Notes: generated by a model not told the origin, from the sequence alone. DNA of 34,466 nt from Nakamurella lactea (GCA_044463185.1 JBIQMQ010000006.1:1-34466), one strand, 5' to 3'. Shown: positions 9,383 to 20,986, numbered from the stretch's first letter. Program-made: numbers and translations.

Positions 9383-11242
9383 TCAGTCGGCCGGCAGCGC
9401 GGCCAGCAGGGTGTGAGCAAGATCGTTCGTGCGCTTCGAGGTGTCGCCGCCCACGATGAGCGCGGAGAACGCGAGGTCGCCGCGGAAACCGACGGTCCAG
9501 GCGTGCGCGTGGATCTTCTTGTCCTGCCCGACGTACTCGGCGGTGCCGGTCTTGGCGTAGACCTCGCCGTCCGATTTCAGGACCTTCGCGGTGCCGTCGG
9601 TGACGACGGCGCGCATCATGGTGCGGATGCCCTGCTGCGCCTGCTTCGACCGCGGCGGAGCCGGGCGGTCCACGGTCGTCGCGGTGCCGCGGATCAGGGT
9701 GGGCGTCGGCATGGACCCGGTGGCGGCGGTCGCCGCCATCAGGGCCGCCGAGAACGGGGTCACCAGGTCGGTGCCCTGGCCGAAGCCGTTCTCCGCCCGG
9801 GCGAGCACGCTCTCGCCGTGCTGGATTGCGCCGGTCAGCGTGGTGATGCCCCGGATGTCGAAGTCCAGCCCGATGCCGTACTGGCTCGCCGCTTCCGGCA
9901 GTGCGTCGGCGGGCATCTGCGCCGCGAGCATGGCGAACGTGGTGTTGCAGGAGTGCGCGAAGGCCGAGGTCGCGGTGACCGTGCCCAGGGCGAACCCCTC
10001 GTTGTGGATGGCGCGGTGATCGGTGGTCCACTCGCCGGGACAGGACACGGACGTCGTCGGCGTCACCAGCCCGCGATCCAGTGCGGCGGTAGCCGTGACG
10101 ATCTTGAACGTCGACCCGGGCGGGTATTGACCCATCAGCGCGATCGGCCCCTGTGCGTCGGCCGCCTCGTTCTGGGCGACCGCGAGAATCTCCCCGGTGG
10201 ACGGCTGGATGGCCACGATCACCGCGGGTTCCTCGACCGTGTCGACCGCCGCCTGGGCGGCGTCCTGCACGGCCGGGTCGAGCGTGAGGGTGACCTTCGG
10301 TCCTGGCTGCGCCGGGCGCTGGTCGAGGGTGGCCAGCTCATCCCCGCTGCGGTCGACGGTGACGATCCGCCACCCCGGCGTACCGGCGGTCATCGCAGTC
10401 GCCACCGGCAGCAGGGACGGCATGACGGTCGTCGCGAACCCGGCGGTGGGCGGAAGATCGCGGACCTGTGACGGCAGGGTGACGCCGGGGAGGGAGGTGA
10501 GGGACGCTTCGACCGAGGCGAAGTCGGTTTCTCGCAGGTTGGTGACCGTGTAGCTGTCGTGCCCGGCGCCCTTCGCGTCTGCGACGCCGTCCATGATGCC
10601 GACGGCGGTCAGCGACTCGTCGAACGGACTCAGCAGCGTGGCCAGTTTCTCGGCCACGGTGGGGACGTCGGCGATCTTGTTCACCAGGAGCACCACGGAG
10701 TACACCCGCACCGGCGAGATGAGCACGGCGTCGTGACGATCCACGATGGGTCCGTCGGCGGCGGCCTCGGTGCGTACCGCCAACGACTGGCCGGGACCCA
10801 ACCCGGGGTGGATGGTCTGCGGAGTGAAGTCCAGCAGCCACCGCGCGCCGGCACCTTCGCCGCGCACACTCCAGTGCCACGCCGTGTCGTAGCTCCAGGT
10901 GCCGATCTCGGGCACGGTCCAGGTCATCGTCGCCGTCACGGTGGCGGATCGGTCGGACTCGGCGACCGGATCGGTGGTGTCGATGGCCAGATCGGTGGCG
11001 CCGAGCCCTTGCGCGGCGTCGGCCAGGGCGAGGGCCGCGGCGCCGGGATCCGTGGTGAGCTGGGCCGCGTCCTGGGTGCGACCGGCCTGCCAGTCCGCGG
11101 CGAAGTCCTGCACGGTGGCGATCGGCAGCGGCGAGGTGGGCGTGCCGGGCTCCGACGCGGGGGCGGCGGTGCAGGCGCTCAGTGTCACTGTCGCAATCAC
11201 CGTCGCACACCACCCGGCCAGCCACCGGCTCCACCGACTCAC
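9383..11242 (-). CDS. Penicillin-binding transpeptidase lipoprotein with NTF2-like N-terminal domain (Rv2864c-like)
   Basis: Lipobox LSAC; SxxK (PGSTFK), SxN (SCN) and KTG (AKTGTAE) motifs. Confidence 0.92.
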   Translation of the reverse strand: MSRWSRWLAGWCATVIATVTLSACTAAPASEPGTPTSPLPIATVQDFAADWQAGRTQDAAQLTTDPGAAALALADAAQGLGATDLAIDTTDPVAESDRSATVTATMTWTVPEIGTWSYDTAWHWSVRGEGAGARWLLDFTPQTIHPGLGPGQSLAVRTEAAADGPIVDRHDAVLISPVRVYSVVLLVNKIADVPTVAEKLATLLSPFDESLTAVGIMDGVADAKGAGHDSYTVTNLRETDFASVEASLTSLPGVTLPSQVRDLPPTAGFATTVMPSLLPVATAMTAGTPGWRIVTVDRSGDELATLDQRPAQPGPKVTLTLDPAVQDAAQAAVDTVEEPAVIVAIQPSTGEILAVAQNEAADAQGPIALMGQYPPGSTFKIVTATAALDRGLVTPTTSVSCPGEWTTDHRAIHNEGFALGTVTATSAFAHSCNTTFAMLAAQMPADALPEAASQYGIGLDFDIRGITTLTGAIQHGESVLARAENGFGQGTDLVTPFSAALMAATAATGSMPTPTLIRGTATTVDRPAPPRSKQAQQGIRTMMRAVVTDGTAKVLKSDGEVYAKTGTAEYVGQDKKIHAHAWTVGFRGDLAFSALIVGGDTSKRTNDLAHTLLAALPAD

Positions 11243-11414
11243 TGTGTCGTCATCCCCTCCCGACGAATCAGCACCGCCGTCCCCGTGCTGTGCCCGTGCT
11301 TCCGCCCACCACGCGCGGTGCCATGGGTCCGTCGATCAGTATCGCCGGTGGCCGCCGACCGCGGCGGTCGGCACGCCGGGCCCCGCCACGACGCCCGGCG
11401 CGAGCGACCGCGGA

Positions 11415-12263
11415 TCAGAACAGCACCGAGGCGAACGTGCCGACCTGGTGGAAGCCGACCCGGGCATACGTGGCCCGAGCGGCCGAGTTGAAGCTGTTGA
11501 CGTACAGGCTGGGCAGCCGACCCCACGCCTGGATGGACCGCACGACGGCGGCGGTGGCGGCGGCGGCGATGCCGCGGCCGCGGAACTCCGGGTGCACCCA
11601 TACCCCTTGGATCTGACCAACCCTCCGGGTCAGCGAACCGACCTCCGCCTTGAAGACGACGGTCGCGCCGTCGAAGATCGCGAAGGCACGACCGGCGGCG
11701 ATCAGGCCGGCGACCCGCGCCCGGTAGTTGCGCCCGCCGTCGCCGAGTGTCGGATCCACACCGACCTCCTCGGTGAACATGGCCACCGAAGCCGGGAAGT
11801 AGTCGTTCAGGCGGCACTGGGTCACCACGGCGACCCGGATATCCGGGGGCAGCGCCGGCGCGTCGGGGCAGACCAGCAGTGGCTGGTTGTCGCGAACGGC
11901 ACGGGCCGGTCCCCACCAGGGCCGCATCCGCTCCCAGAGGGGTTCGACGTGCTGGGCTCGGCCCACGATGGACGCAGAGTGTCGTCCTTGTGCGCGGAGC
12001 GTGTCGGCGATCGCCCATAGTTCCGCGGGCTCGCCCTGCACCGGGATGAGGTTGGAGCCGGCGAAACACAGCCCGCCTCCGGCGCTGCGCCAGAACGTGC
12101 CACCGAGCCGAGCCCGGTCCATGCCGGCCACTTCGAAGCGCGCGCCGACCATACAGGTGCCCACCGGGTCACGATCCAGCGCCGCGGCGACCCACCCCGC
12201 CTGGCCCGCGCTCAGGGCGCGCACGGCGGAACTGCGCGTGTGCGTGCGCCACCCGAGAGTCAC
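11415..12263 (-). CDS. GNAT family N-acetyltransferase with DUF4081 (Rv2867c-like); start uncertain
   Basis: AMFTEEVGVDP, VVFKAEVG, QIQGVWVHPEFRGRG, SLYVNSFNSAARATYARVGF; GTG at 12263 chosen, and the frame is open to 12347. Confidence 0.88.
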   Translation of the reverse strand: MTLGWRTHTRSSAVRALSAGQAGWVAAALDRDPVGTCMVGARFEVAGMDRARLGGTFWRSAGGGLCFAGSNLIPVQGEPAELWAIADTLRAQGRHSASIVGRAQHVEPLWERMRPWWGPARAVRDNQPLLVCPDAPALPPDIRVAVVTQCRLNDYFPASVAMFTEEVGVDPTLGDGGRNYRARVAGLIAAGRAFAIFDGATVVFKAEVGSLTRRVGQIQGVWVHPEFRGRGIAAAATAAVVRSIQAWGRLPSLYVNSFNSAARATYARVGFHQVGTFASVLF

Positions 12264-12301
12264 CGGCCCTGCCCCGCTTTCCTCCGACGACAATTCGCAC
12301 C

Positions 12302-12337
12302 GTTCCCACGACGCGTCCCACGACTCGTCCCGCGGCG
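12302..12337. repeat. Degenerate 12-bp tandem repeat (about 3 units)
   Basis: TCCCACGAC at 12304 and 12316, TCCCGCGGC at 12328. Confidence 0.6.
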
Positions 12338-12375
12338 GTCCCGGCACCGCCCCGCAAGCCGCGGCACCGCCCGGA

Positions 12376-13704
12376 TCAGCCGAACAGCCGCACGGGGTTG
12401 ACGATATCCGCGACCGCCGTCAGCAGCGAGAGCGCGACGAAACCGAGCACCACGACATACGCCACCGGCATCAGAGCGGCCACGTCGAATTCGCGCGGCC
12501 GGGAACGTTTGCGCAGCGCGGCCCAGCCGCGGCGCACCCAGTCGATCGCCGCCCCGAGCACATGCCCGCCGTCCAACGGCAACAGGGGCAGCAGATTCAG
12601 CAGGAACAGGCTCATATTGAACCCGGCCAGCAGGTTCAGCACCCAGAGCACCTTGGCCTCGACCGGCATCGGCTGGGCGAGGATCTCACCGCCGATGCGC
12701 CCCGCACCGATGATGCCCATCGGGCGGTCCGGCTCGCTCTGCGTGGGGTGCACGATGGCGTTCCAGACGGCGGGAATGCGTTGCGGTATGCGCATGACGG
12801 CGGCGCTCGCCTGCGCCACGAAATCGCCGGTGCGGACGAACGCGGACCCGATTCCCTGCGGCACGAACTCCTCCGCGGGGCTCACCCCCAGAAATCCGAT
12901 GACGGCGGATCCGGTGAGATTGCCCGCGTCGTCGTACCGCGGCCGCTCGGTCGCGACGACGGGCACCGCCGCGGTATGCACGGTGCCGGCGCGCTCGTAG
13001 CGAAGCTCCACGGTGCGACCACCCGACGCGGCGATCGCCTGCTGCACCTGCGGCCAGGTCTCGATCGGCACGTCGTCGATGGACACGATGCGGTCCCCGG
13101 GCTGCAGCCCCGCTGCCGCGGCGGGCGTGGCCGGGTCCCCCGGCAGGCAGTCGGTGCGCTGTTCCTGTCCCCCGGCGGCGGCCGGCACCACGCAGGCACT
13201 CACGTCGCTGATCGTGGTGCTGGCCGTGGGGATGCCGACAGCCATCAGGGCGATCGCGAACAGCACGATGGCGAAGATCAGATTCTGGGCCGGCCCGGCG
13301 ACCATGACGATGATCCGTTTGACGGGATGCAGCTGATAGAACTGGCGGCCCTCGTCGCCGTCGGTGACCAGCGCCCGGTCCCCAGCGCGGGCCTGCTCAC
13401 GAATCTGTCGCGCGATGCCCAGCGGGCTCGCCGCGGTCGTGTTGAACCGGGCGCGCCCGTCCTTGGCCGGCGGCACCATCCCCACCATCCGGATGTAGCC
13501 GCCCAGCGGAATGGCTTTGATGCCGTACTCGGTCTCGCCCCGCCGTCGGGACCAAATAGTCCTGCCGAAGCCGATCATGTACTGCGTCACGCGCACGCCG
13601 AAGAGCTTCGCGAACACCAGATGCCCGGCCTCGTGCCAGGCGATCGACATGATCAGCGCCACTGCGAAGACCAACACGCCGAGCGCGTACCACAGGGCCG
13701 TCAT
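12376..13704 (-). CDS. rip1: Site-2 intramembrane zinc metalloprotease with PDZ domain (M50, Rip1/RseP)
   Basis: HEAGH (HExxH), YMIGFG, KAIPLGGYIRMVGM, AGPAQN, PDZ (AAAAGLQPGDRIVSID), NLLPLLPLDGGH. Confidence 0.93.
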   Translation of the reverse strand: MTALWYALGVLVFAVALIMSIAWHEAGHLVFAKLFGVRVTQYMIGFGRTIWSRRRGETEYGIKAIPLGGYIRMVGMVPPAKDGRARFNTTAASPLGIARQIREQARAGDRALVTDGDEGRQFYQLHPVKRIIVMVAGPAQNLIFAIVLFAIALMAVGIPTASTTISDVSACVVPAAAGGQEQRTDCLPGDPATPAAAAGLQPGDRIVSIDDVPIETWPQVQQAIAASGGRTVELRYERAGTVHTAAVPVVATERPRYDDAGNLTGSAVIGFLGVSPAEEFVPQGIGSAFVRTGDFVAQASAAVMRIPQRIPAVWNAIVHPTQSEPDRPMGIIGAGRIGGEILAQPMPVEAKVLWVLNLLAGFNMSLFLLNLLPLLPLDGGHVLGAAIDWVRRGWAALRKRSRPREFDVAALMPVAYVVVLGFVALSLLTAVADIVNPVRLFG

Positions 13705-13883
13705 GCCGTCACCGCCATTCCGAAAACGCGCAGCAGAGGCCATCGCCGCAAGTCACAGGCCTCCAGGGTCCCGTCGAGGCATCGCACTCCACCATTGTTC
13801 CGCACCGACAGCCGCCGCGGCGCGCCAAACGTCTACGATGCCCGGTTTGCGACAAAGCGAGACCGGCCAGACATACTGGCGGG

Positions 13884-14768
13884 ATGGGAAGCGGCAGCCG
13901 GCGCAGCGCGCGATGGTTTATCGCCGTGCTGACCAGCGCGCTTGTGGCGTCGGCGGTGGTCGTGTACGCCCTGGTGCGCATCACCGCGCCCGGTAGCGAC
14001 GGCTCCGACATCACCTCCGTCACATCGTCGTCGACGCACGCTCCGCAGCCGACCGGCTCGAAACACGTCGAGCCGGACGGCACCGACGACTCGGACTCGG
14101 TGGCTCCGCCGTCGTCCTCGGCAGGCCCGCAGACCGCCGCGACCTCGTCCCGGAGCTTCACCGCTACGCAGGCCGTGCCGTCCGCCACCGTGTCCGCGTT
14201 GCCCCGATCGGATGTCGTCCTGCCCGCTGCCTGGTCCGGTGTGGCCAAGGTGACGGTGTCCGTACTGGGTGGGTGCGCGTCGGAAGCCTCGTCCGTCTAC
14301 GCCGACCTCCCGGCCGACCTCGCGTTGGATCTGGTGCAGAACGAGGCAAGCGCCGCCCAGGTCGCGGTGCCGGACGGCACCCGGCCCGACGACGTGACGC
14401 TCACCGTCGGCGTGAATTCCAGCGGCGTGCCGTCGCTGGCGCTCTACTCCTCGCAGATCGACGAACAGGGCGCGTGGCGGCGGTTCTGGGAGCTCACCCT
14501 GACCGGGGACGAGGACCGTACCCGCATCCGGGGCGTGCTGCGGGCGCAGCCGGTCGACGGCAGCCCGCCGAACGTGATGGTGGACGCGGAGACGTCGCTG
14601 CAGCGGTGCGAGTCGCTGGGCACGGTGTCGTTGCCGCGCGCCCTGGCCGACGGCGCCACTCTGGAGGGCTGGGTCTCGAACACGAGCGCCTCCCTCACGG
14701 TGCGGGCCACGACGACGGACGGCAAGCGCACGGTGACGGCCGAGATCGAAGCGACACGGCACGGCTGA
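13884..14768 (+). CDS. Hypothetical membrane-anchored/exported protein with Ser/Thr/Pro-rich linker
   Basis: Basic N-terminus, one hydrophobic helix (WFIAVLTSALVASAVVVYALV), low-complexity linker and a globular C-terminal region with 2 Cys; GC3-biased codons; CATACT 6 nt before ATG. Confidence 0.75.
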   Translation: MGSGSRRSARWFIAVLTSALVASAVVVYALVRITAPGSDGSDITSVTSSSTHAPQPTGSKHVEPDGTDDSDSVAPPSSSAGPQTAATSSRSFTATQAVPSATVSALPRSDVVLPAAWSGVAKVTVSVLGGCASEASSVYADLPADLALDLVQNEASAAQVAVPDGTRPDDVTLTVGVNSSGVPSLALYSSQIDEQGAWRRFWELTLTGDEDRTRIRGVLRAQPVDGSPPNVMVDAETSLQRCESLGTVSLPRALADGATLEGWVSNTSASLTVRATTTDGKRTVTAEIEATRHG

Positions 14769-14920
14769 ACCACCGTGCCGCCGGTCGCCGCGGGTCGGCT
14801 CGCCCGCGGCCGCGCAGGCGTGACAAGATGAAGTCAACGCTTCGCGACAGCAGAGCGACCGCGTACAACGCGGCGCAGAGCAACAGTGCAGAACGATTTG
14901 TGAAGAACTAGGAGACGACC

Positions 14921-15259
14921 GTGTCACAGACTTCGCTGCAGCAGCATTCGGCGGACGCCGGTGTCGCGGTGCCCGAATCCGCCGCGCACCCGGTGGTCCG
15001 CTACAACCCCGACGCGCCCAGCGAGGAGTGGGGCTGGCACGGGTCGTGGCGGGAGTTCGCGCCGCGCGGCAGCACCATCCTGCTCAGCCTCGGCGTGATC
15101 CTGCTGTTCCTGCAGAACTTCACGGTGCACGTGTCCCGGGTGGAGGATTTCTACTTCAACGGCATCGCCCTGATCGGGGCGCTGTGGATCGTGCATCGGG
15201 TGCGCTCCGGTCGGCGGATGCGCCGCGCAGCGGAAGCGCCCCGGCACGCCGCGGAGTAG
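14921..15259 (+). CDS. DUF2631 family membrane protein
   Basis: PSEEWGWHG motif, two TM segments, H..RVED; SD AGGAG; adjacent to rlmN as in other actinomycetes. Confidence 0.85.
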   Translation: MSQTSLQQHSADAGVAVPESAAHPVVRYNPDAPSEEWGWHGSWREFAPRGSTILLSLGVILLFLQNFTVHVSRVEDFYFNGIALIGALWIVHRVRSGRRMRRAAEAPRHAAE

Positions 15260-15305
15260 CACCATCGCGGCCGCGTAGCGCCGAATCGCCCGGTCGCCGG
15301 GCACG

Positions 15306-16424
15306 TCACCGCTCGGCAGCTGCCAACTGACCGCAGGCGGCCGCGATCTCTTGCCCGCGTGTGTCCCGCACCGTGCAGGCGACGCCCTGCGCGCGGACCC
15401 GACGGACGAACTCGTCCTGCACCGGCCGCGGCGAGGCATCCCACTTGCTGCCCGGGGTCGGGTTGAGCGGGATCAAATTCACGTGCACCAACGGCCCGAG
15501 CTCGCGGTGCAGCAGCTCGCCGAGCAGGTCGGCCCGCCACGGTTGATCGTTGATGTCCCGGATCAACGCATATTCGATAGACACGCGCCGACCGGTGGTC
15601 TTCGCATAGTTCCGCGCCGCTGCCAGCACTTCGGATACCTTCCACCGGTTGTTCACCGGCACCAGAGTGTCGCGTAGTTCGTCGTCCGGGGTATGCAGCG
15701 ACACCGCCAGGCGCACCTGCAGCCCCTCCCGGGTGAGCTTCTCGATGCCCGGCACCAGTCCCACCGTCGACACCGTGATGGAGCGCGCCGAGATGCCGAA
15801 TCCGTGCGGCTCCGGCGCGGTGATCAGCCGCACGGCCTGGAGCACCCGTTTGTAATTGGCCAGCGGCTCGCCCATGCCCATGAACACGATGTTCGACAGT
15901 CGCCCAGGTTCGCCAAGCGCTCCGTCCCGCGCCGCTGCGGCTGCCAACCGCACCTGCTCGACGATCTCCGCGGTGGACAGGTTGCGCTTCAACCCGCCCT
16001 GTCCGGTCGCGCAGAACGGGCACGCCATCCCGCAGCCGGCCTGCGACGACACGCACAGCGTGATGCGGTCCGGGTAGCGCATCAGCACCGACTCGATCAG
16101 CGTGCCGTCGTGCGCGCGCCACAGCGTCTTGCGGGTGTCGCCGTCGTCGCAGCTCACCGAACGGACCTCGGTGAGCAGGCGCGGCAGCAGGGTTTCCACG
16201 AATCCGTCCCGGCTGCCAGCCGGAAGATCCGTCATCTCCGCGGCGTCGCGCGTCAACCCGCCGAAGTAGTGCCGTGCGAGCTGGTCCGCCCGGAAGGCGG
16301 GCTGCCCGGCGGCGATGACCGCTTCGCGGCGGGCTGCGTCATCCATGTCGGCCAGGTGGCTCGGCGGCATACCGCGACGCGGTGCGGCGAAGACCAGGGG
16401 CAGCGATGTCACGGATTCCGTCAT
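15306..16424 (-). CDS. rlmN: 23S rRNA (adenine(2503)-C2)-methyltransferase RlmN
   Basis: Radical [51 protein letters not shown]. Confidence 0.97.
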   Translation of the reverse strand: MTESVTSLPLVFAAPRRGMPPSHLADMDDAARREAVIAAGQPAFRADQLARHYFGGLTRDAAEMTDLPAGSRDGFVETLLPRLLTEVRSVSCDDGDTRKTLWRAHDGTLIESVLMRYPDRITLCVSSQAGCGMACPFCATGQGGLKRNLSTAEIVEQVRLAAAAARDGALGEPGRLSNIVFMGMGEPLANYKRVLQAVRLITAPEPHGFGISARSITVSTVGLVPGIEKLTREGLQVRLAVSLHTPDDELRDTLVPVNNRWKVSEVLAAARNYAKTTGRRVSIEYALIRDINDQPWRADLLGELLHRELGPLVHVNLIPLNPTPGSKWDASPRPVQDEFVRRVRAQGVACTVRDTRGQEIAAACGQLAAAER

Positions 16425-16522
16425 AACCGCACCATTGTCTCACGCTGCCGCGCCCGCACCTGCGGTCGAGAATCGGTGGGGCCGCGTATCGGGTATGACG
16501 CCGCCCGCGCGCCTGCGGCGCG

Positions 16523-17194
16523 TCAGGCCAGGCCGAGCGACTTCATCCGCTCGCCGTGGGCCAGTTGCAACCGGCGCACCAGGGCGCCGATGCCGGCGAG
16601 GTCGCCCGACCCGCGCACGATCAGCGCAGCGAGCTCCGGGCGATCGGCGACGACGTTCTGCGCCTGGGTGATGGCCTCGCCGAGCAGGCGCCGGCCCCAC
16701 AGCGCGAGCGGACCGGCCAGCTTCGCGTCGGCCTGGCAGGCCCTGCGCACCTCGCGGACGGCGAACGCCGAGTGACCGGTGTCGTCCAGCACGCTGAACA
16801 CGAGCTGCCGAGTCACCGGGTCGAGCCATTCGGCGATCTCGCGGTAGAAGTCTGCCGCGAGCCCGTCCCCCACGTGCGCCTTGACCAGCGATTCCAGCCA
16901 CGAATGCGGAGCGGTCGAATCGTGGAACGCGTTGAACGCAGCGATGAACGGCATCATCGCGTCCTCCACGGCGACGCCCAGCTCGGCGAGCCGGTCGGCG
17001 AGCGCCGTGAAGTGCGTGAGTTCCGCCGCCGCCATCTTCGACAGCTGCACCCGACCCGACAATGTCGGCGCGTAGCGGGCATCGGACGACATCCGGTCGA
17101 ACGCCGACAGCTCCCCGTAGGCCAGCACGCCCAGCAGGTCGATCACCGCCCGCGAATCGGGCGCGGGAGCCTCGGCCGCCGCCTCCTCGACCAT
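16523..17194 (-). CDS. Ferritin-like fold protein (MiaE-like, Rv3210c homolog)
   Basis: [44 protein letters not shown]; SD GGAGG; divergent from the DEAD-box helicase as in Rv3210c/Rv3211. Confidence 0.88.
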   Translation of the reverse strand: MVEEAAAEAPAPDSRAVIDLLGVLAYGELSAFDRMSSDARYAPTLSGRVQLSKMAAAELTHFTALADRLAELGVAVEDAMMPFIAAFNAFHDSTAPHSWLESLVKAHVGDGLAADFYREIAEWLDPVTRQLVFSVLDDTGHSAFAVREVRRACQADAKLAGPLALWGRRLLGEAITQAQNVVADRPELAALIVRGSGDLAGIGALVRRLQLAHGERMKSLGLA

Positions 17195-17345
17195 GTTCCT
17201 GCCTCCCGACGACGTCGCCGCCGCGCACCGCGCTGCGCGGCACGGCCCATCCGCGGCCGCACACAGCGAGCCTACTAACGGCGGCGTGCGACGCGACGAC
17301 GTGCCACAGAACGGCGCGTGATCAGCGCCGACGCTCCCCCCGCGG

Positions 17346-17535
17346 TACACTGGAGCGTGAAGCGCCGCGACCGTGCGGCGCGTCAACGATATGTGCGTGC
17401 GTCAACGACGCGCTTGCGGCCCCTCGTCGGCCCGAGCGGAGTCAGTCGAGACACCTTCAGGGCCGCAGCCGATGCGTGCCGTTTCCGGTTGCTCACGCGA
17501 ACGTGCGCGAACGACGGAAAGGCATGTAGCCACCC
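17346..17535 (+). promoter_or_regulatory. Putative -10 (TACACT) and long structured 5' leader of the DEAD-box helicase
   Basis: TACACT 17346-17351; hairpin 17362-17381; helix TGCGGCCC (17415-17422) / GGGCCGCA (17460-17467); SD GAAAGG 17517-17522. Confidence 0.5.
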
Positions 17536-19116
<1,581 letters not shown>

Positions 19117-19137
19117 CCCGCCAGTACGCTAGTCGCT

Positions 19138-20571
19138 GTGACCCAGCCCAGATCCGCCCGCAGGCGCACGGATGTCCTGATCGCCGCGGTGATCGTGCTC
19201 GGGCTGGCCGTCGCCGCGGCGGTGCTGTATGTGGGCAGCGACGTTCGGGCGACGACCCTGGACACCGCGGCGCCCGAGTCGGTGCCGACCACCCCCGCCG
19301 ACGCGGCCGACGTGCCTTCGGTGCTGCAGCAGACCTGGACGCTGACGACGGATTCGCGGTACGGCGCCGTCGTCACGCCGTACGGGACGGTGGCCACCGC
19401 GACCGATCACTCCGTCGACGGATACGACGCCACGAGCGGCGACCCGCTGTGGAGCTACAGCCGGTCCAACCGCCAGCTCTGCGCCCTCGGCTCCGGTGAC
19501 CAAACAGCCGACGCCCTCGACTCGTGGACCGGCGTGCACGGCGTGATGACGCTGTTCGCCAAGAACGGATACTGCTCCCAGGTGACGCTGCTGAACCCGT
19601 CCACCGGCGACCGCCTCTACCAGCGGACCAGCCCCAACCCGGATCCGGGCCAGCTCTTCTTCGGCAGCCCCTATGTGGGATGGCTGGGCAGCGACTACCT
19701 GGAACTGTGGCGACACGACCTGGTGGCGACCATCCGCTACGGCAACCAGCCGAATCCCGTCAACTCGTCCGGCCCGCACACCGGCTGCACGTTCTCGGAC
19801 GCCGCGGTGACGGCCGACCAGCTCGCCACCATCGAACACTGCGGCTCGACGACCAACCTGGTGCTCAACTGGCCCACCCCGTCCGACGCTCCGGACAAGG
19901 ACGACAAGGGCTGGGACGCCAACCACTCCGAGCCCAAGGCCACCATCCCATTGGACGCCGACGACGCCGCGATCCTCTCGGTGACGGCCGATCGTGTCGC
20001 GGTTCTGGTCGGCGCCGAGGAGCCGTCCATCGTCGTGTACGACACGACCGGCGAGGAGGTGTCCAGAACACCCGTCGACGTCGACGCCGCGGCCATCGCG
20101 GCGACAGCGCGCTCCGGCGTCACGCCCGCCGTGACGCACCAGGGCAAGCGGTACGCGCTGGTGGGAGACACCCTGTTCGCGCTCTCCACGGTGACGGACA
20201 CGGTGCCCGCGCCGCCACCCGACGAGACCGCCGACGCCGACGAGCCCGGCGCGGCCGACGAGGCGCCCGCGGAAGGCACCCAGGGCACGACGGGAGACGA
20301 CACCGACGCTCCGGCGACGGTGACCGTTCAGACACCAGTGTTGGACTGGTCCATGCCCGGTGCACTGGGACTCCCGGCCGCGGTGGCCGGCAGGGTCCTG
20401 GTGCCTACGGCTGAGGGCCTCGTGGTGCGCGACACCGCCGCCGGGCGGGTGGGTGAGACGATCCCGGTCGACCGGGACGGCTACACCGGGCGGGTCGACG
20501 CCACCGCCGTGGGACCGATGATCGTCGAAGTACGCGGCGCCACGGTCGTCGGCCTGGCGCCGCCCGCCTAG
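19138..20571 (+). CDS. Rv3212-like membrane-anchored beta-propeller (PQQ-like) protein
   Basis: RR..D N-terminus followed by a TM helix; WSYSR...LC, CSQVT.L...TG.R, LELWR.DLV.T..YG; follows the Rv3211-like helicase. Confidence 0.8.
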   Translation: MTQPRSARRRTDVLIAAVIVLGLAVAAAVLYVGSDVRATTLDTAAPESVPTTPADAADVPSVLQQTWTLTTDSRYGAVVTPYGTVATATDHSVDGYDATSGDPLWSYSRSNRQLCALGSGDQTADALDSWTGVHGVMTLFAKNGYCSQVTLLNPSTGDRLYQRTSPNPDPGQLFFGSPYVGWLGSDYLELWRHDLVATIRYGNQPNPVNSSGPHTGCTFSDAAVTADQLATIEHCGSTTNLVLNWPTPSDAPDKDDKGWDANHSEPKATIPLDADDAAILSVTADRVAVLVGAEEPSIVVYDTTGEEVSRTPVDVDAAAIAATARSGVTPAVTHQGKRYALVGDTLFALSTVTDTVPAPPPDETADADEPGAADEAPAEGTQGTTGDDTDAPATVTVQTPVLDWSMPGALGLPAAVAGRVLVPTAEGLVVRDTAAGRVGETIPVDRDGYTGRVDATAVGPMIVEVRGATVVGLAPPA

Positions 20572-20596
20572 CAGCGGCAGACGCCGAGACGGTGCC

Positions 20597-20632
20597 CTGG
20601 CGCCACCAGGCACTGCTCTAGCGCCACCAGGC
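20597..20632. repeat. 21-bp-period duplication of the 3' end of the 20618-20980 gene
   Basis: CTGGCGCCACCAGGC (20597-20611) vs CTAGCGCCACCAGGC (20618-20632). Confidence 0.7.
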
Positions 20633-20980
20633 CAGCCACAGCACGGCGCCCGTCATCAGCACCACGGCCGTCGCCGCCCACACCCGCGCCGCCCGGCCCA
20701 TCCGCGGCCGCGCCCACACGCCCAGCTCCCCCACCGCACCGACGCCCACGTGGGCCAACGCCCGCCACCAGGTCGGGCCGGCGGCTGCCGACATCCCGGT
20801 CCCCGGCGCCACCTCCGGCGCGATGAGCTGCAGGACGACCAGACCCAGCCCGATCAGCAGCAGCCCCGCGGAGGCGAGCCCGGCCAGGGCTTCCAGGAAT
20901 CGACCGGCGCCGGGCAGGCGCGGCTGCAGCGGCGGCTCCGGCACATCGGACGGCACGGCAGGCAACGGAACGGTATCCAT
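20618..20980 (-). CDS. Small hypothetical membrane protein (about 3 TM)
   Basis: Three hydrophobic segments; lies directly downstream of the PHP gene in the same orientation. Confidence 0.7.
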   Translation of the reverse strand: MDTVPLPAVPSDVPEPPLQPRLPGAGRFLEALAGLASAGLLLIGLGLVVLQLIAPEVAPGTGMSAAAGPTWWRALAHVGVGAVGELGVWARPRMGRAARVWAATAVVLMTGAVLWLAWWR

Positions 20981-20986
20981 CGGCGG

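Noticed and set aside
15247-15290. Degenerate duplication at the DUF2631 stop (GCCGCGGAGTAGCACC / GCCGCGTAGCGCC)
   Set aside because: Needs gaps and the offset is 19 nt; too weak in GC-rich DNA to count with the other 3'-end duplications. If real, it would be a counter-example to the multiple-of-3 pattern.
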